This document shows positions 39,367-50,084 of a DNA stretch of 64,000 nucleotides, piece by piece. This DNA comes from Leptolyngbyaceae cyanobacterium (GTDB lineage: Bacteria; Cyanobacteriota; Cyanobacteriia; Phormidesmidales; Phormidesmidaceae), in assembly GCA_050331235.1 (NCBI GenBank), contig JBHJHA010000010.1, positions 1 through 64,000 of the forward strand, read 5' to 3'. Each line of letters begins with the position of its first letter. Position 1 is the stretch's first letter. Below the pieces are notes generated by a model. The model was not told the origin of the DNA, did not search any database, and saw nothing but the letters and a program-made list of their open reading frames with translations. Both the position numbers and the translations under genes were made by a program.

Positions 39367-41601
39367 ATGGTAATGCCCCTATTAAAACGGTATGGTCTCG
39401 CCCTCCAGCGTTATAAATGGGTGGCAGTTGCGGCATTTTTAGGGACACTGGGGGTGTCAAGTCTGCTGGCCATACAGCCGCCCCCAGCAGAAAGATACAA
39501 ATCTAATGGCGTGTTAGTGCAAAACTCGCCTGTGGTGTCGTTTACCATCACCGGGGTTGAACTGCAGCAGCAGGGGCAAGGAATTATCACCCAGGAGTTT
39601 TTATTAGCAGACATCTTGCTGGACCGGGTCGCACAACAGCTGGCAGCCCAGGGCATAGAGACGACGCCTGAACAAATTCGCAACAATGTCGAGATTTTTA
39701 TTAATACTGGCGGCGGTGAAGAGGGAGGCGAAGGCAATGTCTTGCAAAGTGTCAACGTCGGGTACACAGCTAATTGTCCTGAAAAGGCGGAAGCCGTCTT
39801 GTCTGTGCTATTTCAAGGCATGGTAGAGCTGAGCCGTGTGACCAACCGGGCCCGCCTAGGGACTATTGTCTCAGCTTTAGATGAACGTCTGCCCTCCATT
39901 GAAGCAGAATTGCGAGAGGCCGAGCAGGCCTTAGAGGCCTACGATCGCCTCGAGGGACCTGCTATTCAAGCGGCTTTAGATGGCAGTCTCCTAGGAGCAA
40001 TTTCGAGTAGCCAGGAGCAAAGACGACAAAATCTGATTACGTTGGCGGGCATCAACGCCCAAATGCAAAGTTTGCAAAATCAATTGGGCCTATCGCCAGA
40101 TGCTGCATATGCGTCGTCCGCTCTGAGTGCCGATCCGATACTGGCACAGCTCCGAGCCAATATCTACGAGGCCGAGTCACAGCTCAAGGTGCTCTCGCAA
40201 ACGTTGCGTCCGGCTCATCCGACGATGGTCGAGCTTCAAAAAAACCTGGATGCCTACGACCAACTCTTGCAAGAGCGAGCGGCAGAGGTGATCGGTGGCG
40301 GGGGGCGACTCGCAGCGTTGCCCAGTGCGGAGGTCGTTCGACAAAACAGTAATTTAGATCCGGCGCGAGCACAGTTGGCCAATCAGCTGGTGGGGCTCAA
40401 GACCCAGCGGGATGCACTCATTACCCAGCAACAAGTTTTGGCCCAATCAGAGCGACAGCTCAGAGAAGCCTATGCCAGTCTGCCCAATAAACAACTTGAA
40501 CGCGATCGCTTAGCTCAGCAAGTAGCGCTCAAGCGAGCTCTTTATGACCAAGTGCAGGCAAAACGCATCGATGCCCAAGCCGCGGAAGCAGAAACGGTCA
40601 GCAGTCTGTCGGTGGCGAGCCCCCCGGCTACGCTGCCAGTGCCGGCGGAGGCAACCCCTCCCATTGTGATTCTGATTGCCGGTGCCATTGTAGGACTAGG
40701 CTTAGGCGGAGGGATTGTCTTCCTCCTCGATATGTTAGATCCCACCATTCGCATCTTCGAGGATCTCGACAAGCTTTTCGAAGATCAGGATATTCCCTTA
40801 CTGGGTCTAGTACCGGAGGTCAATCCGCGGCGCGGTGAGCCGGTATTGATTACTGATGTTAGTCATCCCTGCAATGAGATTTACGAACGGCTTCGCAGTA
40901 ATCTACAGATTGCTGGGGCTGAGCGTAATGCCGGCAAAGTGCCCAAAGCGGTGTTGGTAACCAGTGCGATCGCCAATGAAGGTAAAACCACCACTGCCTA
41001 CAATTTGGGAATTGCTTCTGCCCGGGCAGGCCGACGAACTCTAGTCGTTGAAATGGATCTACGGAATCCTTCCCAGGCCAGGCGGTTGGGCGTTCAGCTT
41101 GATGAAAACGCCGTAGCGGAGCCCCTGCGCTACTATGCCGGTCGTCTCTCTGATCCAGTCAAAATGGTGCCTGCTGTCGCTAACCTATATGTCTCGCCAA
41201 GCGTTGGCCCACAGCGCAATCCAGCATCGGTGATTGATGCCAGCGAGATGAGTCGCTTTCTCAAGGATGCCTACGCTCGGTTTGATTTCATCATCTTTGA
41301 CGCGCCCCATTTTACTGGCAGCAACGATGCCGTGCTGCTGGAGCCCAGAACCAATGGCATGATTGTAGTATCACGACCGGGCACCTCACAAAAACCCGTG
41401 CTCACAGCCATGCTAGAACAGCTTGAAGAAAAAGAGGATATTCGCCTATTGGGCGCTGTGATCAACGGTGCCGATATTCCGATCGCGGCAGCTCAGATGC
41501 GAGACGACTCACTCGTCGTCGCAGATGACGAGTTAGAACCGGAGGGTACTGTACCGCCACGCTCTCGTCAGGTCCCAGTGGGCGTACCAGTTGATTTTTA
41601 A
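39367..41601 (+). CDS. wzc: Wzc/GumC polysaccharide co-polymerase with BY-kinase-like domain
   Basis: Two TM segments with a coiled-coil periplasmic region; Walker A NEGKTT, A' EMDLR, B IIFDAP. Confidence 0.88.
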   Translation: MVMPLLKRYGLALQRYKWVAVAAFLGTLGVSSLLAIQPPPAERYKSNGVLVQNSPVVSFTITGVELQQQGQGIITQEFLLADILLDRVAQQLAAQGIETTPEQIRNNVEIFINTGGGEEGGEGNVLQSVNVGYTANCPEKAEAVLSVLFQGMVELSRVTNRARLGTIVSALDERLPSIEAELREAEQALEAYDRLEGPAIQAALDGSLLGAISSSQEQRRQNLITLAGINAQMQSLQNQLGLSPDAAYASSALSADPILAQLRANIYEAESQLKVLSQTLRPAHPTMVELQKNLDAYDQLLQERAAEVIGGGGRLAALPSAEVVRQNSNLDPARAQLANQLVGLKTQRDALITQQQVLAQSERQLREAYASLPNKQLERDRLAQQVALKRALYDQVQAKRIDAQAAEAETVSSLSVASPPATLPVPAEATPPIVILIAGAIVGLGLGGGIVFLLDMLDPTIRIFEDLDKLFEDQDIPLLGLVPEVNPRRGEPVLITDVSHPCNEIYERLRSNLQIAGAERNAGKVPKAVLVTSAIANEGKTTTAYNLGIASARAGRRTLVVEMDLRNPSQARRLGVQLDENAVAEPLRYYAGRLSDPVKMVPAVANLYVSPSVGPQRNPASVIDASEMSRFLKDAYARFDFIIFDAPHFTGSNDAVLLEPRTNGMIVVSRPGTSQKPVLTAMLEQLEEKEDIRLLGAVINGADIPIAAAQMRDDSLVVADDELEPEGTVPPRSRQVPVGVPVDF

Positions 41602-42008
41602 GCCGGCTTAGAATTCCTCAAATCTGTTCTACTTCTCGGCCAAACGTCAGTGCCGACAGCAGCAAATAAAGAAAGTCTGTCATCATGGCAGGATGCAAGC
41701 GGATTTGATGTCAAGTTGGTCTTGGGTATGGGGTTCTGGGGATAGGGGCACAAACCGGATTTATTCTATCCATCTGTACACTGCTATCCGTGAGCTCCGA
41801 ATCTCAATCTCCGATCTTGGAAAGCCGGAAACTTCCTCGAAGCGACTCCTTAAGCCCTGCTCGGCCTTGGGGATGGGAAAAAGGATAGGCAGAAAGCCCA
41901 AATGTACAAAGGGCAAGGGTTTGGTGCCTACGACTTGAAGCAGAAATAACCCTTCAAGCTGAGCGGCCAAACTGCCTCGCCCAATGAAAAACTTGCGATC
42001 GCGCTGGA

Positions 42009-42620
42009 TTAAATAAGCGTCAGTAAATAGATCAGCGCAAAGAGTACAATCCAAACGACGTCGACGAAGTGCCAGTAGATTTCTGCCATCTCAACGCCAG
42101 TATGATGCTCGACACCATAGTGACCTTCACGGCGCGATCGCCACAGTACGCCCAAAATCAGCAACAGCCCAATAAAGACGTGGAGACCATGGAAGCCAGT
42201 CATCAGGTAAAAGCAGTTGCTAAACAAGTTCGTCTGGAGACCATAGCCAAGGGTCATGTACTCATAGACCTGCCCGACTAGGAAGATGGCCCCCATGGCG
42301 GCAGTGATGGAATACCACTTGCGGAGCCCTTTGACGTCTCCCTGTTTGATTGCCGTATCGCCGTAGTGAATGACAAAACTGCTGGACACCAGAATGACAG
42401 TGTTGATGGCAGGCAATAACAACTCAACTTCCGTTTCTTCTGGGGGCCAGGCCGCAGCTTCAGCCCGATAGACCAAGAAGAGCACAAAAAAGCCCGCAAA
42501 CATCAAAAATTCAGAAGACAGGAAAGTCAAAAGTCCTAGAACTCGGAAATCGTGATGTTCAACCTGTTGGACTTCAGCCGGGATGGTATTTTCGGGGGTG
42601 GATTCTACTGCGCCTTGCAT
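42009..42620 (-). CDS. ctaE: Cytochrome c oxidase subunit III
   Basis: FLSSEFLMF, TGFHGLHV, YWHFVDVVW. Confidence 0.96.
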   Translation of the reverse strand: MQGAVESTPENTIPAEVQQVEHHDFRVLGLLTFLSSEFLMFAGFFVLFLVYRAEAAAWPPEETEVELLLPAINTVILVSSSFVIHYGDTAIKQGDVKGLRKWYSITAAMGAIFLVGQVYEYMTLGYGLQTNLFSNCFYLMTGFHGLHVFIGLLLILGVLWRSRREGHYGVEHHTGVEMAEIYWHFVDVVWIVLFALIYLLTLI

Positions 42621-42655
42621 AAGCTCTCAGAGATAAATGAATAACAAGATGAGGC

Positions 42656-42688
42656 AATAGAGACGAACTTTATTGGTTCGTCTCTATT
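42656..42688. other. Intercistronic stem-loop between ctaD and ctaE
   Basis: 13-bp perfect stem AATAGAGACGAAC/GTTCGTCTCTATT. Confidence 0.6.
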
Positions 42689-42700
42689 CACAGAATTTCG

Positions 42701-44341
42701 TTACGAAGAAGACACCTTAGCTGGTTCCTCGCCATAGTCGTAGGGCCCTTCAGTCAGCACGGGCAAAACTTCCCAGTTTTCGATGATGGGTGGTGACTCC
42801 GTTGTCCATTCCAAAGTTTTGGCATCCCAGGGATTACCAGAGGCCTTTTCGCCCTGGCTCCAGCTCCAGATCGCGTTGATCAAAAAGGGTAGAACAGAGA
42901 TGCCAAGGACAAAGGCCCCGACTGTGCACAGGATGTTGATGGCTTGAAACTGCGGGTCGTACATGGCGACTCGACGCGGCATACCTTTGAGACCAAGTTC
43001 GTGCATGGGCAAAAAGGTCAAGTTGGTGCCGATAAACGTGAGCACAAAGTGCAGCTTGCCCAAAGGCTCGTTCAACATGCGCCCAGTAATCTTGGGGAAC
43101 CAGTGGTAGAGACCCGCATAGAGGCCAAACACTGAACCGCCAAAGAGCACGTAGTGGAAGTGGGCCACAACGTAGTAAGTGTCATGGACGTGAATATCTA
43201 CCGGAGCGGTTCCCAAGGTGACGCCGCTCAAGCCGCCAAACACAAACATGGCGAGCAGGCCGATCGCAAACAACATGGCGCTGTTGTAGCGGATCTTGCC
43301 GCCCCAAAGAGTAGCCACCCAGCTAAAGATCTTGACCCCTGTGGGTACCGCCACAATCAGCGTTGATACGGTGAAGAACATCCGCATCCAAGGGGGGGTG
43401 CCGCTGGTGAACATGTGGTGCACCCAGACAAACAACCCGACTAGGCAAATGGTGAGCGAAGAATAAGCGATCGCCTTATAGCCAAAAATCGGCTTGCGGG
43501 CGTGTACGGGCAGAACCTCTGACATGATGCCGAAGATCGGCAGAATCATTAGGTACACCGCCGGATGGGAGTAAAACCAGAATAAGTGCTGATACATCAC
43601 CACATCGCCCCCAGCTTCAGGCCGGAAGAACGACGTGCCAAAGTTGATATCAAACAGGAGCAAAATCAAACCGGCGGCCAGTACGGGGGTCGAAAATAGC
43701 GCCAGAATGGAGGTTGCCAAAATTGCCCAGCAAAACAGGGGCATGTCGTTCCACCCCATGCTGGGAACGCGCATTTTCCAGATGGTGACGATAAAGTTGA
43801 CAGCACCCAAAATTGAGGAAGTACCGGCAAACACGATCGCCAAAATCCACATGGATTGAGCGGTATTAGCGGTGATGAGGCTCAGGGGAGGATACGAAGT
43901 CCAGCCCGATTGCGCCCCACCAAACAGAAAACTGCCGGCAATCAGACCGCCTGCCGGTACCGTTAGCCAAAAGGCCAGGGCATTGAGCTTGGGGAAGGCC
44001 ATGTCGCGGGCCCCGATCATGAGCGGCACGAGAAAGTTGCCGAACCCACCGATCGCACCAGGCACGATCCACAAAAAGATCATGATAGTGCCGTGATTGG
44101 TCAACATGGCGTTGTACAAATCAGGGCTCATAAAGTCGGACTGAGGTGTTGCTAACTCTGTCCGCATCGCGAGGGCCATCGCCCCCCCGGCTAAGTAAAA
44201 GATAAAGGCGGTCACCAAGTACTGAATACCAATGACTTTGTGATCGATGTTAAAGGTGAAGTAGTGGTACCACTTCCATTTTTCAGGATGGGGAAACGAC
44301 TGAAAGCCAGTCATTTCTCCTGTGAGATTTGCTTGTGCCAT
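42701..44341 (-). CDS. ctaD: Cytochrome c oxidase subunit I
   Basis: DHKVIG, HGTIM, WFYSHPAVY, VWVHHMF, AHFHYV, GMPRR. Confidence 0.98.
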   Translation of the reverse strand: MAQANLTGEMTGFQSFPHPEKWKWYHYFTFNIDHKVIGIQYLVTAFIFYLAGGAMALAMRTELATPQSDFMSPDLYNAMLTNHGTIMIFLWIVPGAIGGFGNFLVPLMIGARDMAFPKLNALAFWLTVPAGGLIAGSFLFGGAQSGWTSYPPLSLITANTAQSMWILAIVFAGTSSILGAVNFIVTIWKMRVPSMGWNDMPLFCWAILATSILALFSTPVLAAGLILLLFDINFGTSFFRPEAGGDVVMYQHLFWFYSHPAVYLMILPIFGIMSEVLPVHARKPIFGYKAIAYSSLTICLVGLFVWVHHMFTSGTPPWMRMFFTVSTLIVAVPTGVKIFSWVATLWGGKIRYNSAMLFAIGLLAMFVFGGLSGVTLGTAPVDIHVHDTYYVVAHFHYVLFGGSVFGLYAGLYHWFPKITGRMLNEPLGKLHFVLTFIGTNLTFLPMHELGLKGMPRRVAMYDPQFQAINILCTVGAFVLGISVLPFLINAIWSWSQGEKASGNPWDAKTLEWTTESPPIIENWEVLPVLTEGPYDYGEEPAKVSSS

Positions 44342-44389
44342 ATTATGGATCTAAGAGAGCAATTATGATGCGGTCAAAGCGAAGGAAAG

Positions 44390-45379
44390 TTAATCGTTGA
44401 GATGGGCTAATAGGTGAGCGTTGACACCGGCCGCTGCGCCGTAGGGCGCGAGGTACTCAGCATTGGTCATCTCAGCGGGGTTAGCGGCGATCGCCGTCTC
44501 GGCAGTACCGGGAATCGCCTGAGCGACCCGAGACTCGACCCAGTGGCGATAGTCAGACGGTGAATGTACGATGACCTGAGTTCGCATGGAGCCATGGTAG
44601 CCACCGCAGAGCTCAGCGCAAACGACGGGATAGGCACCCACCTTATTTGCTAAAAACCGGAGTTCAGTATCTTTGCCAGGGATGGCATCCTGTTTTAGCC
44701 GGAACTGAGGTACCCAAAAAGAATGAATGACATCCTTCGCCGAAATATTGAGCTTGATGTCTGCGTTCACAGGAATATGCAGTTCGCCATCGACGATGCC
44801 GGTATCTGGATAGGTAAAGATCCAGGCATATTGCATCCCAGAAACGTTGACCTCCAAATCGGCGGACTGTCCCTCTTTATCAATGGGCGCGCCAATGCCG
44901 TAGACCGATTTTGCCAGTAGGGTTTCACCCTCGCCATCGGTTGCCGTCATGGCCTGGTTGAGGGGGGCCTCAGCCGCTTGCGCAATCATCATGCCGTGGT
45001 CGTGGGCCACGTCACCGGGGGCAAAACCGCCCATCTCTTGGAAGACCTGGACGCTGTAAATCCCTAGGCCAATGACGATAACGGCAGGAATAGCGGTCCA
45101 AAAAGCTTCCAGAGGGAGGTTGCCTTCAATGGGCAAGCCGTCAGTGTCATCCCCCTTACGGCGACGAAACGCCACCATGCAATAAACAATGGTGCCTTCT
45201 ACCACCAAGAATAAGGCGGTACCAATCACCATCATGACGTTGAAAAAGTTGTCGACCAAGACGGCTTGGGCGGATGCCTGCTCAGGTAGTAAGCCATGGT
45301 TGAAGCCCACCCAAAAACTGATCAGGGTGACCAACACGCCCACTGTCAGTGTCCATAATGGAGCGGGAATTTGTTTCAT
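44390..45379 (-). CDS. ctaC: Cytochrome c oxidase subunit II
   Basis: DVIHSFWVP and CuA motif CAELCGGYHGSM. Start set to ATG 45379. Confidence 0.96.
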   Translation of the reverse strand: MKQIPAPLWTLTVGVLVTLISFWVGFNHGLLPEQASAQAVLVDNFFNVMMVIGTALFLVVEGTIVYCMVAFRRRKGDDTDGLPIEGNLPLEAFWTAIPAVIVIGLGIYSVQVFQEMGGFAPGDVAHDHGMMIAQAAEAPLNQAMTATDGEGETLLAKSVYGIGAPIDKEGQSADLEVNVSGMQYAWIFTYPDTGIVDGELHIPVNADIKLNISAKDVIHSFWVPQFRLKQDAIPGKDTELRFLANKVGAYPVVCAELCGGYHGSMRTQVIVHSPSDYRHWVESRVAQAIPGTAETAIAANPAEMTNAEYLAPYGAAAGVNAHLLAHLND

Positions 45380-45603
45380 AGCGATCGCTCCCAACGGGAG
45401 TCGTGTTGATAAGTGCAGGTCACTGCCATCACACAATGACCACTGGCAAACATCCTAAGCAGGGGAATCGGATCCCGGGGGCAAACTTTGGATTTGCTTT
45501 ACCTAAAGGGAAAAAAGCGTTACACACTGAAACAAGTGGCTGCGTCAATTGGGCGATCGCTGGCATCTACTAAGCTTGTTATGCAGTAGTCAGTTGCCGT
45601 CAA

Positions 45604-45882
45604 ATGGATCTAAAAAGCAAGCTGACAAATTATCTGGATGTGCAGGGGCGGCTGAAGGCATGGCCCTCGCGGCGCAATCGGCGGCAGTTTCAGCGGTGGG
45701 CGCTGGAATATCTCATCGAGAAGTTTAAGCAGGATCTCCTCTACAGCGAAAAGCAGGTGAACGAAATCCTCAATCAGCACCACACCTTTGGTGATCCGGC
45801 GCTGTTACGGCGAGAAATGTTTGAACGCAAGCTGATGAATCGAACCAGGGACGGTGCAGCCTACTGGAGACAAACGCAATGA
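45604..45882 (+). CDS. DUF2087 domain protein
   Basis: GRLKAWPS...YSEKQVNEIL...DPALLRREM...RTRDGAAYW. Confidence 0.85.
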   Translation: MDLKSKLTNYLDVQGRLKAWPSRRNRRQFQRWALEYLIEKFKQDLLYSEKQVNEILNQHHTFGDPALLRREMFERKLMNRTRDGAAYWRQTQ

Positions 45883-45980
45883 AACCAGTAGGGCCGTCTT
45901 GGCCTCATAACGTAAGTAGCCCCGATCTAGGACGTCAAACCATCATTCATTGCGAGAATAGCTGCCTGGGACTTGAAATA

Positions 45981-46139
45981 ATGCCAATTCTGCAAAATAG
46001 CACTGCAGATCGAAAATCCCCCGCTGTCGCCGCCCTCCGGGAAAGGGGACTAAGCCCAAACTGTATGTAACTGCCAACTTTTCAAGAGGGTTGGGAGATG
46101 AGTTTTATTAGGTGTAACTTTGATTCAGAGAACTGGTAT
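45981..46139. repeat. MITE-like dispersed repeat, copy D (chimeric, longer)
   Basis: ATGCCAATTCT...AGAACTGGTAT ends. Left part is inverted copy A (tcccccgctgtcgc); right part is the copy B end (gtgtaactttgattcagagaa). Confidence 0.75.
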
Positions 46140-46203
46140 AGCCTCTATCCCATCGGCTCAATCATTTCGGTCGCAAGGGCTGGAAGATTTCAACAGGACT
46201 CCT

Positions 46204-46483
46204 ATGTCCCCCTCTAATTTGGAACAACTGCGTCGAGATTACCTAAACAGCAAGGAAACATATATCGCGGCGCTGCAAGAGCATTATTCAGTACTGCAAG
46301 GTTGAACATGCTCGCCTAGTAAAACAGTTTGGCGACCCAATGACCATGGCCTACTTCAGCGATCGCTTTGGCAGTGGTAGTCAGTGGGCCCAAGCGGCGG
46401 ACTGTGGCAGCGCGATGGGGCACAAAGTACGAGAACTGGCAGCGGAACTAACCGCCCTCGGGGTCATCGTCTCAGAGCCGTAG
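46204..46483 (+). pseudogene. Small hypothetical gene with a single +1 frameshift (~92 aa)
   Basis: AGGA RBS, MSPSNLEQLRRDYLNSKETYIAALQEHY / QYCKVEHARLVKQFGDPMTMAYFSDRFGSGSQWAQAADCGSAMGHKVRELAAELTALGVIVSEP*; span is 280 nt (3n+1). Confidence 0.5.
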
Positions 46484-46524
46484 GATCTCGAGTCTGACAG
46501 CGAGCGACTTTATTTGTAGCTGTG

Positions 46525-48435
46525 CTATTTGTAGCTGCGCTGGGTTAGCTCAACATTTTCAAACTGCAGGTCTTCGCGATGGAGAGTCGGGGTGCGATCG
46601 CGCCCCTGGTATTGCCAAGCGGCTACGTAGGCGAAGTGTTCATCATCCCGCTTGGCTTCGCCATCAGCCGTCTGATACTCCTCACGAAAGTGACCGCCAC
46701 AGGACTCTTCGCGGTGGAGGGCGTCCCGCGCCATCAGTTCCGCCAATTCTATAAAGTCGGCAACGCGCCCGGCAAACTCCAAATTTTTGTTCATGCGGTT
46801 GGCCTCACCCGGCACCCTGAGATTCTGCCAAAATTCTTCCCGCAGATCTTGAATGCGGGCGATCGCGCTCTCCAAACCAACCTGATCACGGGCCATGCCG
46901 ATGAAATCCCAAACCAACTGCCCCAGTTCGCGATGGAAAGCCATCACTGTCTTATTGCCGTGAATCTGTAAAAGCTGCTCGATCTGCTGCTGAACGCTGG
47001 CTTCGGCGGCGGCAAACGCATCATGCTCAGTCGTAACAGGCTCCAACGGTTGACTGGCCAGATAAACACCCAACGTTTGGGGAACTACGAAGTAGCCATC
47101 GGCTAGTCCCTGCATCAGAGCGCTGGCCCCTAGGCGATTGGCTCCATGGTCAGAAAAGTTGGCCTCGCCCAAAACAAACAGGCCAGGAATTGTGCTCATC
47201 AAGTGATAATCCACCCATAGCCCGCCCATGGTATAGTGCACCGCTGGGTAAATGCGCATAGGCATCTGGTAGGGATTTTCCCCGGTAATGCGCTGGTACA
47301 TGGCAAACAAGTTACCGTATTTGGCCGCGATCGCCGCTGTCCCCTGCGTAGCGATCGCGTCGCGGAAGTCCAGATAAACCGAAAGGCCGGTCTCGCCCAC
47401 CCCCCGTCCAGTATCGGTCATTGCCTTTGCATTACGCGAAGCGACATCGCGGGGCACTAAATTACCGAAGGCGGGGTAGCGTCGTTCTAAGTAATAATCG
47501 CGATCGCCGTCGGGGATGGCGTGGGGCGGCCGGCGATCGCCGGGTTGCTTGGGCACCCACACGCGCCCGTCATTACGTAGCCCTTCACTCATCAGGGTCA
47601 GCTTTGATTGATAATCGCCTGAAACAGGAATGCAGGTGGGGTGGATTTGGGTATAGCAGGGATTGGCAAAATAAGCCCCCCGCTTGTGACAGCGCCAAGC
47701 CGCTGAGACGTTGGAATTTTTGGCGTTGGTCGACAGATAATACACATTGCCGTAGCCGCCGGTGCACAGCAGCACCGCATCGCCGTGGTGGCGCTCCAAC
47801 GCTCCGGTCACCAGGTTACGGGTGATGATGCCCCGCGCCTGATTGTGAACAACGACTAAATCTAGCATTTCCCGACGGGCAAAGAGCTTAATTTGCCCTA
47901 TTTGCACCTGTCGCATCATGGCGCTGTAGGCCCCGAGCAACAGTTGTTGCCCCGTCTGGCCCTGAGCGTAAAAGGTACGCGAGACGAGCGCCCCGCCAAA
48001 AGAGCGATTCGCCAGTAGTCCCCCATATTCTCGGGCGAAAGGAACGCCCTGGGCTACACACTGATCGATGATGTGGTTGCTGATTTCCGCTAGGCGAAAA
48101 ACATTGGCCTCGCGGGAACGGTAGTCGCCGCCCTTGATGGTGTCGTAAAACAGTCGCCACACGCTGTCACCGTCATGGGGATAGTTCTTAGTAGCGTTGA
48201 TGCCGCCTTGGGCGGCAATGCTGTGGGCGCGCCTTGGTGAATCTTGAATACAAAAACTTTTAACCCGATAGCCAAGTTCGGCCAGGGTTGCCGCTGCCGC
48301 TGCCCCCGCCAGCCCTGTACCCACAACTAAGATGGTGTGCTTGCGTTTGTTGTTTGGACTAACCAGGGGGCTATGCTCTTGAAAATGAGTCCACTTGTCG
48401 CGCAGGGAACCAGCAGGAATGCGGGGATCAAGCAT
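46525..48435 (-). CDS. sdhA: Succinate dehydrogenase/fumarate reductase flavoprotein subunit
   Basis: [16 protein letters not shown] (FAD-His), [26 protein letters not shown]. Confidence 0.95.
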   Translation of the reverse strand: MLDPRIPAGSLRDKWTHFQEHSPLVSPNNKRKHTILVVGTGLAGAAAAATLAELGYRVKSFCIQDSPRRAHSIAAQGGINATKNYPHDGDSVWRLFYDTIKGGDYRSREANVFRLAEISNHIIDQCVAQGVPFAREYGGLLANRSFGGALVSRTFYAQGQTGQQLLLGAYSAMMRQVQIGQIKLFARREMLDLVVVHNQARGIITRNLVTGALERHHGDAVLLCTGGYGNVYYLSTNAKNSNVSAAWRCHKRGAYFANPCYTQIHPTCIPVSGDYQSKLTLMSEGLRNDGRVWVPKQPGDRRPPHAIPDGDRDYYLERRYPAFGNLVPRDVASRNAKAMTDTGRGVGETGLSVYLDFRDAIATQGTAAIAAKYGNLFAMYQRITGENPYQMPMRIYPAVHYTMGGLWVDYHLMSTIPGLFVLGEANFSDHGANRLGASALMQGLADGYFVVPQTLGVYLASQPLEPVTTEHDAFAAAEASVQQQIEQLLQIHGNKTVMAFHRELGQLVWDFIGMARDQVGLESAIARIQDLREEFWQNLRVPGEANRMNKNLEFAGRVADFIELAELMARDALHREESCGGHFREEYQTADGEAKRDDEHFAYVAAWQYQGRDRTPTLHREDLQFENVELTQRSYK

Positions 48436-48759
48436 GGAGTCAGCTAAAAATAGGAAATCGCGATCGCCCTGACAGATCGGTGCATACGCTCGGCGATATT
48501 TCGATCCTGACTCAAATTTCAGGGTTTGTCAGAGGGCAGCAACAAAAAGATCGACAACTACCCGACATGGTCCATAGGTAGCAATTCTCAATCAGCCGCG
48601 GCAAACTCATCAAGAAAGGTCAGGGTAAACGAACGAGTTGACGATGAAGCTAAACAGCGATAGGTAACCGCTAACCGCTAAACGACCAGCTGATGGCCAT
48701 CCGTTGCCGCGAGGTATTAGTCTACTCTAGACTTAGATCACAAACGATATGTCCAGATT

Positions 48760-48990
48760 GTGAGCTATCGCGACATCATTACGATTGAGTCCGATAAGCG
48801 TGGTGGTAAGCCCTATATTCAGCGGATGCGGATTTTGGTCTATGATGCCCCGGGTTGGTTAGCACTGGGTATGTCTACCGCTGAGATCATTGACGATTTC
48901 CCAGAATTAACAGAAACCGACATTAAGGCATGCTCAGAGTTCGCGGCTGATTGTGAGCATCGTTTAGTTGCGTCAGTGAGTGCTGATTGA
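48760..48990 (+). CDS. DUF433 antitoxin (VapB45-like), possibly degenerate
   Basis: ITIESDKRGGKPYIQRMRILVYD...GMSTAEIIDDFPELTETDIKAC. Confidence 0.85.
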   Translation: MSYRDIITIESDKRGGKPYIQRMRILVYDAPGWLALGMSTAEIIDDFPELTETDIKACSEFAADCEHRLVASVSAD

Positions 48991-49317
48991 AACCCCTGTT
49001 CGACTAAAACCTCAGCCACAAGCTGGTCAATCGGTTAGCTGATATTTTCCCTGAATCCTGCCACGCTCGATTTCACAATCTAGCTAAGAAAACAGATACT
49101 GAGATTTGAGGATTTGCTAAGCTCAGTGACTTCTGCATAGCGACACAGGCTGCAGATTTCCTTGAAAGAAGTCGACTTACGGCTCTCCAACTGACGTTGT
49201 TTGGTTTCGATGTGGTAATGACCAACTAGAGATGTTGAAAATCTAATACGGGCTGGAGCCGAAGCAATTTAAGGGCTGCTGACAAATATTGACCTGCACT
49301 GTCTAGAATTGCATTGA
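48987..49317 (+). pseudogene. DUF5615/PIN-like toxin pseudogene
   Basis: MKPLFD*NLSHKLVNRLADIFPESCH...TDTEI*GFAK...ATQAADF...VVWFRCGN; in-frame stops at 49005 and 49107 plus later frameshifts; overlaps the antitoxin stop. Confidence 0.85.
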
Positions 49318-50084
49318 CCCAAGAATGAACGATTTTGGTCAATGCAATTCAATTAATTCCTTCGCCAACTCAATTGATTCATTACCAAGTTTAGAATTCT
49401 CCTTGCTGAGGATATACTTTAACGCTTTAAGATTGAGATTTTCTCGAAAGATGCGCCTCATCGTGCTGATCCTTGTTTGAATTGAGCTATAGGTGTAAAC
49501 ACAAACCGGAATTACATTCATCAAGTCTTCGCCATTTGCATATGGTTCATAGTAATCAACAAAGAAGCTTTTACCCATCCTACTTAAAAGATTTTCAAGC
49601 AAGACTTGTTCATCTTCAGAGACATGAATTTCTTTTCTTTGTGGTTCGACTCCCTCTTCCGTCAAAAATGAAATATTGTACTTGGGTTCGTTATCGTGAC
49701 TTTTCTCTGCAAAAAACAGAAGCTTGAATTCTTCGATTTCTGGAATCTCGGGAGAAAGTTGATCATAAAAGTTATAGATGTAAACACATTTTCGCTGGAT
49801 TTCTTCTTTAACTATTTTGACGACAGGATGCGATTCCGGATCTTTATCCATCAAATAATTGAAATGAGCTGGAATCAAGACAATATTCCACAGGGCAGAG
49901 AAGAATAGTGGGTGAGAGGCCAGCCCCCATACATGAGAAATAATGTAATTCTTTACTGTACTATTTTTTCCATGCTGATAGCATGACCAAGATATTTTTT
50001 GATTGATCGCCTGTTTTCATGGTTGCCATCATTGTCAATTTTAATATTGAATGCTGGATAGGCAGGTAGACGTGCTTCATTGTC

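Noticed and set aside
41602..42008. Short ORFs between wzc and ctaE
   Set aside because: No recognisable motif or RBS; they cannot be supported as genes.
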